Part shown: positions 42,616-52,720 of the stretch, in pieces
Position numbering within the stretch: position 1 is the first letter of the stretch
Layout: each line of letters opens with the position of its first letter
Source of the DNA: Nostoc sp.
Lineage (GTDB): Bacteria; Cyanobacteriota; Cyanobacteriia; Cyanobacteriales; Nostocaceae
Direction: 5' to 3'
Assembly (NCBI GenBank): GCA_036918135.1
Contig: JBALDB010000003.1
Location: forward strand, 32,001 to 96,000
Length of the DNA stretch: 64,000 bases
The notes under the pieces: model-generated
Databases searched by the model: none
Told to the model about the DNA's origin: nothing
The model's input: only the letters and a program-made list of their open reading frames with translations
Position numbers and translations under genes: made by a program

Positions 42616-43236
42616 CTACAAACTCCATGCAGCTTGAAAAAAGTCATACTCACACAACATCGCATAACGGTAGGTTGAATGCACAACAGTATTGGTTGTG
42701 GCATAATTGTCAACCAAATTTTCTAATTGTTGTGCCAATGGCTGAAAATCGGCGCTACTGTAAGTCCGAATCCAGTCTGCATATTGATGATTTGGGATGC
42801 CATTAACAGCTAACTGTTCTCCCAAAAAAGCATACAAACCCATACAGGGAGACATAGCCGCAGCTGTTAAACTCACATCTCGACCCCAAGCAGTTGCTAA
42901 TAAAAAATCAGTATAGTGGCGGGTAGCAGCTCCAGGTTCCACAGAATACAAATTAACTCCCCACTGGGAAGCATAACTACTATGCAATTGGAGTTCTGTT
43001 AAAACTCCATCAGCTAAGTTATGAAATTTCGTGAAACCTTCCCAATCTGGTGCTTTAGCTGCGGCGATACTATAGGCACGGGCAAAAGCCTCTAAGAAAA
43101 AAGCATCTTGCCCTACGTAGTAAGCAAACTTTGCTTGCTCAAGACTACCATCACCAATGCCTCGAACAAAAGGATGCTCTAGACAGGCTTTGGCTAAATC
43201 TTGATTTGCCATCCATAATTCATTGGATAAAGTCAT
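42616..43236 (-). CDS. tenA: TenA family (thiamine salvage) protein
   Basis: 'HPFV...G.L...FAYYVGQDAFFLEAFARAY', 'MSPCMGLY', 'YADWIRTYSS', 'EYDFF'. Confidence 0.88.
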   Translation of the reverse strand: MTLSNELWMANQDLAKACLEHPFVRGIGDGSLEQAKFAYYVGQDAFFLEAFARAYSIAAAKAPDWEGFTKFHNLADGVLTELQLHSSYASQWGVNLYSVEPGAATRHYTDFLLATAWGRDVSLTAAAMSPCMGLYAFLGEQLAVNGIPNHQYADWIRTYSSADFQPLAQQLENLVDNYATTNTVVHSTYRYAMLCEYDFFQAAWSL

Positions 43237-43275
43237 TTGTCATTTGTTAATAGTTAACAATCATCTCGCCACTCT

Positions 43276-44070
43276 CTAAAAAGGTAAAAACTGAAGCAAG
43301 AGTGAACCAACACTTCCCAAAAAGTCAACAAAACTAGGCTTACCAGAGCTTACCTTTTCAGTATAGGGTGTTTGCAGTTCTTTCATAAAAGCCTGGGCTG
43401 TTTGGGTTCCAGGGGTATTATTTTGGGATGTAAACAATTTTTCGGCAGCTTGGGCATCTACGAATGCACCTTGTCTATCTAATATTTGGTAGCGGGCGAC
43501 ACCACGAGCTAGATAAGCACCTGCATATTCTGGTTTAATGGCGATCGCTTGACTAAAATAACTAATTGCTTGCTGTTGGTTGCCTTTTTCTGCTTCTGCT
43601 ACGCCCCAAGCATAGAAATCCTCTGGTGAAGCAATTTGTGATGGTATACCAATTGCGCCCTGGAAGTTAGCGCCATTCAGGTAAGCACCATTCAATTGTG
43701 CGTTTGTAAGATAGGAATTTCTCAAATCAGCACCCGCCAAGTTTGCGCCACTAAATCTAGCCTCACTTAGGTTAACACCAAATAAACTAGTGCCGCTCAA
43801 GTTTGCACCCCGCAAATCAGCACCGCTCAAGTTGGCGCGGCTGAGGTTTGCACCTGCAAGATTAGCGCCGCTCAAATTCGCTCCAGATAAATCAGCCATC
43901 ACTAAACCGGCATTAGTCAAATCACAGTTTTGACACTGTTTGGTTGCCAATAACTGTCTAACGTGTTCCGAATTCGCGGCTTGTACGGTTGTCGTCAAAC
44001 TAATTGTAGTTAAAAATGTGGCTGTAGCGAGAATTTGGCTTTTCATATTTGCGTAATATTTCTTACTCAA
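43276..44070 (-). CDS. Secreted pentapeptide-repeat protein with TPR
   Basis: 'QLLATKQCQNCDL' plus A(N/D)LSG repeats plus TPR; start probably at MKSQIL. Confidence 0.9.
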   Translation of the reverse strand: MSKKYYANMKSQILATATFLTTISLTTTVQAANSEHVRQLLATKQCQNCDLTNAGLVMADLSGANLSGANLAGANLSRANLSGADLRGANLSGTSLFGVNLSEARFSGANLAGADLRNSYLTNAQLNGAYLNGANFQGAIGIPSQIASPEDFYAWGVAEAEKGNQQQAISYFSQAIAIKPEYAGAYLARGVARYQILDRQGAFVDAQAAEKLFTSQNNTPGTQTAQAFMKELQTPYTEKVSSGKPSFVDFLGSVGSLLLQFLPF

Positions 44071-44343
44071 AACTCAAGATTAACCGAGATAGATTTATAC
44101 CTCAGCCTATGATATGAGCAATCTGAATAGTTTGCCCTCTGTAGTTGCCTATATCACTTGTCAAGTTGAAGCGGAGTAAAAACTCGCTAGTACAGTGGGC
44201 GTAGAAATAAACAGGCCATACCCTCCATAAAGCCCCTTCATCTTTCTTTAAAAGAATTATCATTATTGTTTGGGGAACAGTTTATTTTCTGGAAGTCCCT
44301 AAGAAGTTATAAAATTTATAGTTGCACTTGAAGTGTAGTAAGC

Positions 44344-44383
44344 AAAAAGCTCTGCCTTTAGTTGTTTGGAGGAGGCAGAGCTT
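44344..44383 (-). terminator. Intrinsic terminator downstream of the double-glycine peptide gene
   Basis: Minus strand AAGCTCTGCCT...AGGCAGAGCTT followed by a T run. Confidence 0.6.
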
Positions 44384-44448
44384 GAGTAACTGCATTTATC
44401 AGCTAGAGTTGAGAAATGAGGTAGATAAGTTGTTTAAGTTTTGTTAGT

Positions 44449-44724
44449 CTAATTTCCGTCTAATTGGTTCTCTCCAACCATTCCAGTTGCTTCTAAAGCT
44501 AGCTCACCTGCTGTGTAGAGTCCAAGTGCTGTCATTCCTCCGGCCTGAGTCACTGCGCTGCCTGCATTATTCAAAGTTTTGATTACAACATGATCGAATC
44601 CTTTTTTAAATTTCTTCAAAAAACTTTTACCTCCTGTTAATTGTTCGCAGTATTCATCTGATAATACTTCAAACAATTCTTCTTGGTTTTCAATTGTCAG
44701 GTTTTCATTTTTGTTTATAGACAT
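44449..44724 (-). CDS. Double-glycine leader peptide precursor (bacteriocin/RiPP-like)
   Basis: 'ELFEVLSDEYCEQLTGG' leader; RBS GAAGGAG; own terminator. Confidence 0.7.
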   Translation of the reverse strand: MSINKNENLTIENQEELFEVLSDEYCEQLTGGKSFLKKFKKGFDHVVIKTLNNAGSAVTQAGGMTALGLYTAGELALEATGMVGENQLDGN

Positions 44725-45159
44725 GGTTAGTTCTCCTTCAATATAAAAAATATAAGAATTTGCTTGTTACATATTGAGCCAGAAAAATATGGTTTTTTGG
44801 CTCTTACTATTAAATAGATTAAAGAAAAATAATCTATCTGCACAGACTTGACAATCCACATTTTGAGAGATAGCAGCTATTAGTAAAAAATTTTTGCTCT
44901 TAATTCAGTATTTATTTGGTTCATTTTTTGGAATTAAGCTTAGTAAGTAAATTTCAGGAATTTCATCCGATATATAACCTTTGTTACTACAATTATCAAG
45001 CTTTTCAATATCCAATATTTATCATTAATTTTTAGATAAATAATGTTTATAAAGCCATCATGAATTAGTTGTAGTCTTACATAATTTATTTAAAGTTATC
45101 AATAAACTTTCTAAGTTATTTCTACTTATTTACCCTGAAATTGATTTTTTGAGCAGGTA

Positions 45160-45300
45160 TTAATTGGCGTAGAGTATAGCTGGTTTGAAATCGTAGTGTC
45201 TCAGGAAGTCTTGGATTTCGCGGGTGTTATAACCCTGATTGACCAGATAGTAACCGTGACAGTGGACTTTGATATCAGTTGCGTAAGTCCCGATCGCCAA
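45160..45300 (-). pseudogene. Tyrosine recombinase C-terminal remnant
   Basis: Manual translation DIKVHCHGYYLVNQGYNTREIQDFLRHYDFKPAILYAN*; resembles FimB/XerC box II with the 'LRH' segment missing. Confidence 0.65.
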
Positions 45301-45345
45301 TGACTAATGAGATATAAATTGAGATCGGCACTGTTTCGGTAAGGC

Positions 45346-46824
45346 TCAGCTTGATGAGACGAATTCGTTACTGTGCGGCAAAGTGAGGGTGAATGCTGTT
45401 TGACCAACAGATGTTGTTGAGTCAAGGGTGAGATCCCCACGATGTGCCCGGACAATTTCACGGGCTAGGCTCAGTCCCAGTCCAATTCCTTCTACTTTGC
45501 GGGTGCGGGCAGGATCGCTGCGATAAAAGCGGTCAAAAAGCCGGAAGCGATCGCTGGCTGGAATATCAATTGAAGCATTGGTAATTGTGATGTAAAGGGT
45601 TGTTTGAGTTTGAGTAGCGTGAATTTTTATCCAACCGTGGGCGAGATTATATTTGATGGCATTACTCAAGAGGTTTTGCAGAACTTGAATTAGGAGGTCG
45701 CGATCGCCTTGTACCTTGAGACCATCAGGAATGTCGGTTTGCAGGCTCAAATGAGGAGCCAGCAGTTCTACATCCTCTACCATTTCCCCAAGCAGCTGTG
45801 ACATATCCACTTCAACTAGATACAAGCTCATTTGTCCTGCATCTGCCAAAGATAGCAGCAAAAGTTTCCGCATAATGCCGCTTAAGCGACGCACTTCATC
45901 CAACAGATTGCTTAAGCGCTGTTGTACTTCCGATCCAGGTTCAACCTGTTGTAGTGTTCGTTCGAGTTCGCCTTGGAGAATGGTTAGTGGAGTTTTCAAC
46001 TCGTGAGCAGCATCAGCACTAAAGCGAGAAGCTTGTGTAAAACTGCGTTCCAGGCGTTCTAGCATTTGGTTAAATACTCGAATCAGTTCGACAAATTCAA
46101 CATCCGTTGTCCCAATGGGAATCCGCCGATCTAGTCCTTGGACGGTTACCTGTTGAATGACGCCTGTTAATTGACCGATGGGATGCAAGGCACTACCAGC
46201 AACCACCCATGCCCCGATGGCAACCAGCAAAAGCGCTCCTGGAATTGATACAAGAAAGATATTGCGAATAATAGCCATCTCTTGGTTGACGGCTTCCAGG
46301 TTAACGGCAATGGCAACCCGAATATTAGGAAATCTCGCTGTGCCAATCCGCCAAGTTCCTGTTGTTGTCTGCTGGGAGACAAATTGAGGTGGGCGTGGGG
46401 GAGGAAAAGGTGGATTTGTATTCTCTGCTATGGGTGATCGTTCTTTTTTCGGGGGCGGTGGTACAGGTATCAAGCTAATCTGCCGAAGTAACAAACGATT
46501 CAAGTCGAGGTCGGTTTGCACTTCCTTGGATTGGTAAACTGTGTTGCTGTTTGCGTCAACTGCTAAAAGTGCAATCCGAGTTTTTGTATTTGTTCCTAAG
46601 GTGTGGGTTAATGACTTTTCGTAGCGTTGCCATTGCTGTGGTTCGGGTGGACGTTCGGGTGGACGGCTTGCCCGCATTAATTGATTTAACAATTCTGCAT
46701 CAAGGCGGCTGATCTTAGCCTCGTAAATCTGAAACCAAGAGACTGCACCAAACCCAACTAATGCACCTCCAGCTAAACCCGCAGACAACAAAGCAATTCG
46801 GAGTCGAAACGAGGGGCGTTTCAT
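45346..46824 (-). CDS. HAMP sensor histidine kinase
   Basis: Two TMs, Pro-rich periplasmic loop, 'FSADAAHELKTPL', 'NLLSNAIKY', 'GIGLGL'. Confidence 0.93.
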   Translation of the reverse strand: MKRPSFRLRIALLSAGLAGGALVGFGAVSWFQIYEAKISRLDAELLNQLMRASRPPERPPEPQQWQRYEKSLTHTLGTNTKTRIALLAVDANSNTVYQSKEVQTDLDLNRLLLRQISLIPVPPPPKKERSPIAENTNPPFPPPRPPQFVSQQTTTGTWRIGTARFPNIRVAIAVNLEAVNQEMAIIRNIFLVSIPGALLLVAIGAWVVAGSALHPIGQLTGVIQQVTVQGLDRRIPIGTTDVEFVELIRVFNQMLERLERSFTQASRFSADAAHELKTPLTILQGELERTLQQVEPGSEVQQRLSNLLDEVRRLSGIMRKLLLLSLADAGQMSLYLVEVDMSQLLGEMVEDVELLAPHLSLQTDIPDGLKVQGDRDLLIQVLQNLLSNAIKYNLAHGWIKIHATQTQTTLYITITNASIDIPASDRFRLFDRFYRSDPARTRKVEGIGLGLSLAREIVRAHRGDLTLDSTTSVGQTAFTLTLPHSNEFVSSS

Positions 46825-47504
46825 AGTTTCTCGTCTGGTTTGCGAAACCGATATCCAACCCCGCGAATGCTTTCGATTGGGCCTGCTTCATCAACGGGGT
46901 CAATTTTTTTGCGAATTCGCTGGATACAAACATCCACAACGTTGGTGTTGGGGTTAAAGTCGTAGCCCCAAACATGTTCCAGGATTTGAGTACGGGTGAA
47001 AACTCGGCCAGGAGAACGCATAAGATATTCCAGAAGATTAAACTCACGGGTGGTAAGTTCGATCGCTCGTTGATTGTAAGTGACTTCCCGTGCGATGCGA
47101 TCGAGCTTGAGCGACCCAACCACTAGTAAATTTTGGCGATCGCCCACACTCCGGCGCACAACAGCATGAATTCGAGCCGCTAGTTCTTCCACAAAAAACG
47201 GTTTGGCAATATAATCATCGGCTCCCAAATTCAACCCGGACAAGCGATCGTCGAGTTCATTACGAGCCGTTAATAAAATTACTGGTGTATTTTGCCCTGA
47301 GTGCCGTAGTTGTTTGAGAATCGATAGCCCATCCTTACCTGGCACCATGATGTCAAGTACGATGGCATCGTATTCGTTATCTAATGCCCGCAGATATCCT
47401 TCATCACCGTTGTCGCAGTAGTCTACAACAAATCCCTGCTCCTTCAATCCAGCCCGGACGAAGTTAGCAATTTTGGCTTCATCTTCGACAAACAAAATGT
47501 TCAC
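46821..47504 (-). CDS. OmpR/CusR-family response regulator
   Basis: 'ILFVEDE', 'LDIMVP', 'GADDYIAKPF', winged HTH 'IRGVGY'; 4-bp overlap with the kinase. Confidence 0.95.
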   Translation of the reverse strand: MNILFVEDEAKIANFVRAGLKEQGFVVDYCDNGDEGYLRALDNEYDAIVLDIMVPGKDGLSILKQLRHSGQNTPVILLTARNELDDRLSGLNLGADDYIAKPFFVEELAARIHAVVRRSVGDRQNLLVVGSLKLDRIAREVTYNQRAIELTTREFNLLEYLMRSPGRVFTRTQILEHVWGYDFNPNTNVVDVCIQRIRKKIDPVDEAGPIESIRGVGYRFRKPDEKL

Positions 47505-47561
47505 AAATTATTGATTACTTGACAAACATTACTCCATTCTAAATTCATTACTCTTTGACTC

Positions 47562-47630
47562 AAATTACAAAAATGTAATTCGCAAACCAAGCAAGTTGTA
47601 ATTTTGGGGTGGCTTAATCAAAAATGTAAG
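47562..47630 (+). promoter_or_regulatory. Duplicated regulatory block, copy 1 (candidate response-regulator sites)
   Basis: AAATTACAAAAATGTAATT...TTGTAATTTTG...AATCAAAAATGTAA aligns without gaps to 48794-48862. Confidence 0.65.
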
Positions 47631-47650
47631 CAACATCGAGGTTAACGATA

Positions 47651-47920
47651 ATGAATATTCGTCGAGTCTTAGCTGTAGTAGGGATTCCTTTGATAATTGG
47701 TACATTTGGTTTTGTTGCGCCCCAAGCAAATGCCCAATCTCCATCCAATCCCAAACCAGAGATTTCACAACAACGTCCCAGACCGGAAAATGAATTGCAA
47801 AAACCCCATAAAAAACTACAAATCAAGCATCAGCAACGACACCAAAAGCTGAAAAAACATCCTCCCCAACCTCAAAATCAAGGCGCAGTTCAAAATCGAA
47901 TACCACACAATAACCGTTAA
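47651..47920 (+). CDS. Small secreted Pro/Gln/His-rich protein
   Basis: Signal peptide ending QANA; RBS GAGG. Confidence 0.75.
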   Translation: MNIRRVLAVVGIPLIIGTFGFVAPQANAQSPSNPKPEISQQRPRPENELQKPHKKLQIKHQQRHQKLKKHPPQPQNQGAVQNRIPHNNR

Positions 47921-48000
47921 CAATCAAGAATTCAGGAGTTCCTCACCAAGAGTGATTCTGACTGCTGAATTCTCAATTCTGAATTCTTTTTCAAAGCAGG

Positions 48001-48762
48001 GTGATGAAAAATAACAATCGCCAATTAGCTCGGATTTTCCGACGCAGAGATGTACTTGCTCTATTTCGGGCAGCTGGAACGGTAATACTTGCGGTTGGAT
48101 GTATACCGAGAAAGTCGAGTCTAGCTGGAATCACACCATCTGTAATCAATTCTGCTATGTTACCTGCGTGTGTTGTAAGTCCACAACAAACCGAAGGCCC
48201 CTATTTTGTGGATGAAAAGCTTAACCGCTCGGATATCCGTTCCGATCCTACGAATGGTTTAGTGAAATTAGGGACACCACTGCATTTGACACTGCACATT
48301 TCTCAAACTGGCAGTACTGGCTGTACGCCCCTTGGAGGTGCGATCGTAGATGTTTGGCACTGTGATGTACTAGGTGTCTATTCAGACGTGGCAGATCCAA
48401 ATTTTGGTACCGTCGGTCAAAAGTTCTTACGCGGCTATCAAGTCAGCAATGCCAATGGAACTGTTGAGTTCATAACCATTTATCCCGGTTGGTATGAAGG
48501 CAGAACTGTCCATATTCACTTTAAGGTTCGCACGGATGGGACATTAACGCAGGGTTACGAGTTTACGTCCCAGCTATACTTTGATGACTCAATTACTGAT
48601 GAGGTACATAGCCAGACACCTTACACCAGCAAGGGACAGCGCACCCTAAAGAATGCTGATGACAGTATTTTTGCTGATGGTGGCGAGCAAATGTTGCTCA
48701 AGCTCGTTAAGAATGGACAAGGTTATGCAGCAACTTTTAATGTTGGGCTGAAGGTTACGTAA
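48001..48762 (+). CDS. Intradiol ring-cleavage dioxygenase-like protein, Tat-exported
   Basis: 'FRRRDVL' twin-Arg; 'QTEGPYF', 'VDVWHCD..GVYS', 'FLRGYQ', 'TIYPGWYEGRTVHIHFKV', 'SQLYF'. Confidence 0.85.
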   Translation: MMKNNNRQLARIFRRRDVLALFRAAGTVILAVGCIPRKSSLAGITPSVINSAMLPACVVSPQQTEGPYFVDEKLNRSDIRSDPTNGLVKLGTPLHLTLHISQTGSTGCTPLGGAIVDVWHCDVLGVYSDVADPNFGTVGQKFLRGYQVSNANGTVEFITIYPGWYEGRTVHIHFKVRTDGTLTQGYEFTSQLYFDDSITDEVHSQTPYTSKGQRTLKNADDSIFADGGEQMLLKLVKNGQGYAATFNVGLKVT

Positions 48763-48793
48763 TTTGAGTACAGGGTTTCTAATTAAGTGACAA

Positions 48794-48862
48794 AAATTAC
48801 AAAATTGTAATTTCCAAGCAAGGCAATTTGTAATTTTGAGTTAGTTCAATCAGAAATGTAAA
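48794..48862 (+). promoter_or_regulatory. Duplicated regulatory block, copy 2
   Basis: AAATTACAAAATTGTAATT...TTGTAATTTTG...AATCAGAAATGTAA. Confidence 0.65.
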
Positions 48863-48886
48863 CAATCTATCTTTTGGGTGTTAATT

Positions 48887-49519
48887 ATGAATATTCGTAA
48901 AATGTTAGTCCTAGCAGCGATTCCTGTTTGGTTTGGTACATTCGGTTTTTCACTTCATCAAGCAAATGCTGCTAATCAATTTCAGCAAATTGCTCAAGCA
49001 ACAGATGCTCCCAACCAACCACCTTCAGAAAAGCCGCGTCCGCCTCGTCCCGATTTTAAGGCGGCGGCGGCGAAGTTAGGTGTGACGGAAGCTCAGTTAA
49101 AAGCTGCGCTGGGAGTGCCTGCTAATCCTCCTGGTCAAGCTAACGGCAATCAGCGTCCGCCTCGTCCTGATTTTAAGGCAGCTGCGGCGAAGTTGGGAGT
49201 GACGGAAGCTCAGTTAAAAGCAGCGCTGGGAGTTCCTGCTAATCCTCCTGGTCAAGCTAACGGCAATCATCGTCCGCCTCATCCTGATTTTAAAGCGGCG
49301 GCAGCAAAGTTGGGGGTGACTGAAGCTCAGTTAAAAGCTGCGCTAGGAGTTCCTGCTAATCCTCCTAGTCAACCTAACGGCAATCAGCGTCCGCCTCGTC
49401 CTGATTTTAAGGCGGCGGCGGCAAAGCTGGGAGTAACAGAACAACAGTTGATCCAAGCTTTGGGTATTCCGCCTCACCCTCAAGGCGATCGCCAAGCACC
49501 TCCCCCTCCAAACAGGTAG
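48887..49519 (+). CDS. Secreted protein with ~3.7 tandem 39-aa repeats (RPPRPDFKAAAAKLGVTEAQLKAALGVPANPP...)
   Basis: Signal peptide; 117-bp repeat units start at 49037, 49154, 49271 and 49388. Confidence 0.85.
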   Translation: MNIRKMLVLAAIPVWFGTFGFSLHQANAANQFQQIAQATDAPNQPPSEKPRPPRPDFKAAAAKLGVTEAQLKAALGVPANPPGQANGNQRPPRPDFKAAAAKLGVTEAQLKAALGVPANPPGQANGNHRPPHPDFKAAAAKLGVTEAQLKAALGVPANPPSQPNGNQRPPRPDFKAAAAKLGVTEQQLIQALGIPPHPQGDRQAPPPPNR

Positions 49520-49623
49520 TTTAGTAATTAAGCCAAGAAATTATCGTGATTCTGATTTAAATAAGTAGGGTAGCATGGCTGTGCTACCCTACTTTATTTC
49601 ACTGAATTGAAAACAGTTAGAGT

Positions 49624-52600
49624 TTACCCAGGTAGAGGTAAACCTGTAACTGCGATCGCACTAGCTGCAAGGGAAGTTAATGCTGTGCCAAATATCCACC
49701 AAGCTGCATTTGCAACGGTTTTTTTGGTTTCTTCGGCTTGCTTTTTAGCTTGTTGTTGAATCGCTTTCAGGCGTTTTTAGGTTTCTTTTTGAATGCGTTC
49801 GGCTCGTTGCAATACGCCATTTCGCGCCGCTTCTATTTGGTCAATAATCCGGTTGGCGTCTGCTTGGGAAATATCCTCACGAGAACTCAGGACAGCGACT
49901 AGGGTGTTGCGGTCGAATTGAGTCAGGCGATCGCGCAAGGCTTCAAATCCAGCTTCCGGATCGTCGAAGACTTTGGCAAAGTCTTGCTTAATTCCTTCAT
50001 AGTTGAGTTCCGGACGATCCAAAGAGTTAAGATAGCTACGAATTTTGGCAAAAGTCCCATCTAAAATTGATTGCACTTTTTGTTGAATCTGTTGGAATTG
50101 TTCGACAATGGAATTGCGAACAGATTCGATTCGATCCACAATTTGGTTAGCTTCTTCTTGTGAGATATCCTCCCGTTGAGATAGCAGCGCCACAATTGTC
50201 GAACGGTCAAATTTTGAGGCGCGATCGCTTAAATTCTCAATTCCAGCGCGGGGAGAAGATAACAGCAATTGCAAATCGCGTTTGATTCCTTCGGGGTTGA
50301 GTTCTTCTTTATTAGTATTTTGCAGGTAGTCTTCGAGATTAGCTTCAAAATCTAAAATCCTTTGAGTGGTACGCTTTGCTAAACGTCGCGGCGCTTTGAG
50401 AATATCACGAATCGCATCTTCGACGCGATCGATAATCTGATTAACTTGCTCTTGGCTCAAGTCTCCCCCCTGACTGACAAGTTGAACCAAGGTTTCTCGA
50501 TCGACTTGAGACAAGCGATCGCGCAATGCTAATGCACCCGCTTTAGGATCGTCGAGTGATGTTTCCAAATCACGCTTGATACCTTCTGGATCGAGTTCTG
50601 CCAAATTGGTATTGCGGAGATATTCTGCAATCGCTTTTGTAGTTTTTTCGTACTGTTCTTTCGCTTGCTGGGGTGCTTGCAAAATACTATCTCGGACGGC
50701 TTCGAGTCGATCGAGAATTTGGTTAATCTGTTCTTCGCTCAAATCTTGACGTTGACTGAGCAATTGTACCAGGGTATCACGGTCAAATTGCGATAAGCGT
50801 GAGCGCAAAAGGCTAATTCCGGCTTGCGGATCTTCTAGTAAAACTCTAAAATCTCGTTTGATACCTTCGGGATTGAGTTCTTCTTTGTTAGTATTGAGCA
50901 AATAATCTTCAACTCTTTGCCGCAATTCATCGGCTTTAGCTTTAGCTTGTTCTTGCAATTCTCTGGCACGATTTAAAATTTTATCGCGGTTGCTCTCAAG
51001 TTGACTAACAATATTATTCGCTTCTTCTTCACTGATATCTTGACGTTGTTGCAGCAATTGTACAAAAGTATCGCGGTCAAATTGCCCGAAGCGATCGCTT
51101 CAATCTTCAAAGCCGGCTTCTGGATTTTCTACTAACCGAGCAAAGTCCCGTTCTATACCTTCCGGATTGAGTTCGTCTTTGCCAGTTGAACGCAGATAAT
51201 CTTCAATGCGGGTACGGAAATCTTGACTTTTTGTTCGCGCTTCGGTCTGTTTTACAGTTTCTAAAACTTCCTGGCGATCGCTTTCCATTTGTTCGGCAAT
51301 TTCTGTTACCCTAGCTTCGCTGATATCATTCCGCTGCTTCAATAAATTTGCAAAATATTCTTGATTGAGTTCTTCCAACTCTCGTCTGACAGTTGCCGGG
51401 TTTGCATTTACGTCATAGATGACTTCTTTGAATTCTTCTTTGAGGCTAATCCGGTTAAAGTGCCAAGGAAAGGAATTTAAAATGTAGTCTTCTACATCTG
51501 CTTTGATTGTATTTTATAGCGATATTGGTAATCTTGCTGTTGCTTGTTCTCTCAAATTTTGTAGTTGTTGTGTAATTTCTTCGACATCGACATCTTTAAC
51601 TTTCTCTTTTAGTTTTTGCAACTGAGTTGTAATTTTGTTCACATCGATGTCAGAAAGGTTTAGTCTATGCAAAACAGCTGGTACAGCCGCAGTCAAGCCA
51701 AATCGAACAGCTTGGTTAATTACACCATTACTTTGCTTCCCATTACCACCTCCAACTGTAACTAATTGCTGAAGTCTTTCACCTAAATCCTCTGAATTGA
51801 GTTCTTTGTGAGTGGCAGATTGGAGTAAATTAATTACTTGCTGTGTTGGATTTTTCCGATTTAAAGCTTGTTGCCAAGCACCTTCTAATTGGTCAGTAAT
51901 ACGATTGATATCTTCTTTAGATAAATCAGTGCGATCGCTAACTAAATCCACAAAAGTTTGACGGTTGACATTTTGGAATAAATCACTATTAACAACAGAT
52001 TGTAAATCTCTATCTTGAATAAGTTGGTCAAATTGAGAACGAATTTCTTTCAGATCCAACTTCGGTAATTGCACAGAAGCTAAAGAACTTTGCAGCGTAT
52101 TTTTAATACTTTCAGAGTCAAAACCTGATGTTAATTCTCGCCGAACTGCGGCTGTAACTTCTTCTGCTGTAGAAACCAATTGTTGTTTGGCAGTATTAGC
52201 ACTGATACCAGTAGTTGCAGTACCCACCAGAGTTTGAAAACCAGAAGTTACAGTACTGGCAATAGAACCAATTAAAGAACCTACTGCGGACGATCCGAAC
52301 CAAATTATCAGTGAGAAATAAATAGACCAGATGACTACACCAATAATTGCTCCTAGAAATGCATTTTCGACTAAGCTAAGTTTTACCGCCAGAAAACAAG
52401 CAATGAATAATGCAATACTAGCGGTTATTAATCCCCAAGAACCGACTTTACCTTGAACTTTACGAATTTTACTACCTAGCCTTACTGACTCATCATCGTC
52501 TGAATCAATTTCCCAAGATGAAATTCCGACAGCAACTGAAAAGTTTGTAAATAACAATTGCAAAGCTAAGGTCATTGAAACCCCAGCATGCTACTAAGAA

Positions 52601-52720
52601 TTTAGGCCCAGCAAAAAGAACAGATGCTTCTTCTGGAGTTAGTAATTGTTGAGCAATCAGAGGTGTTAATCCAAAAGATAGCGAATCCCATTCTAATATC
52701 GATAAAATTCTTGTAAACAT
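49624..52720 (-). pseudogene. Large membrane-anchored helical-repeat protein (~1000 aa), pseudogenised
   Basis: Frameshift near 52585; in-frame stops at 51514, 51100 and 49777; repeated 'ELNPEGIKRD...DP.AG...LSQFDRDTLVQLLSQR.D.S' units continue across the stops. Confidence 0.85.

Noticed and set aside
43237..43275. TPP riboswitch upstream of tenA
   Set aside because: The spacer is only about 40 bp and lacks the CTGAGA core
45160..45340. Possible tRNA or ncRNA in a GC-richer intergenic stretch
   Set aside because: No cloverleaf or T-loop found; it translates as a recombinase fragment
49037..49475. Regular repeats as a possible CRISPR array
   Set aside because: They are 117-bp in-frame coding tandem repeats with no unique spacers and no cas genes
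49624..52720. Programmed stop-codon readthrough or recoding
   Set aside because: The stops are of mixed type and accompanied by a frameshift; pseudogenisation is simpler
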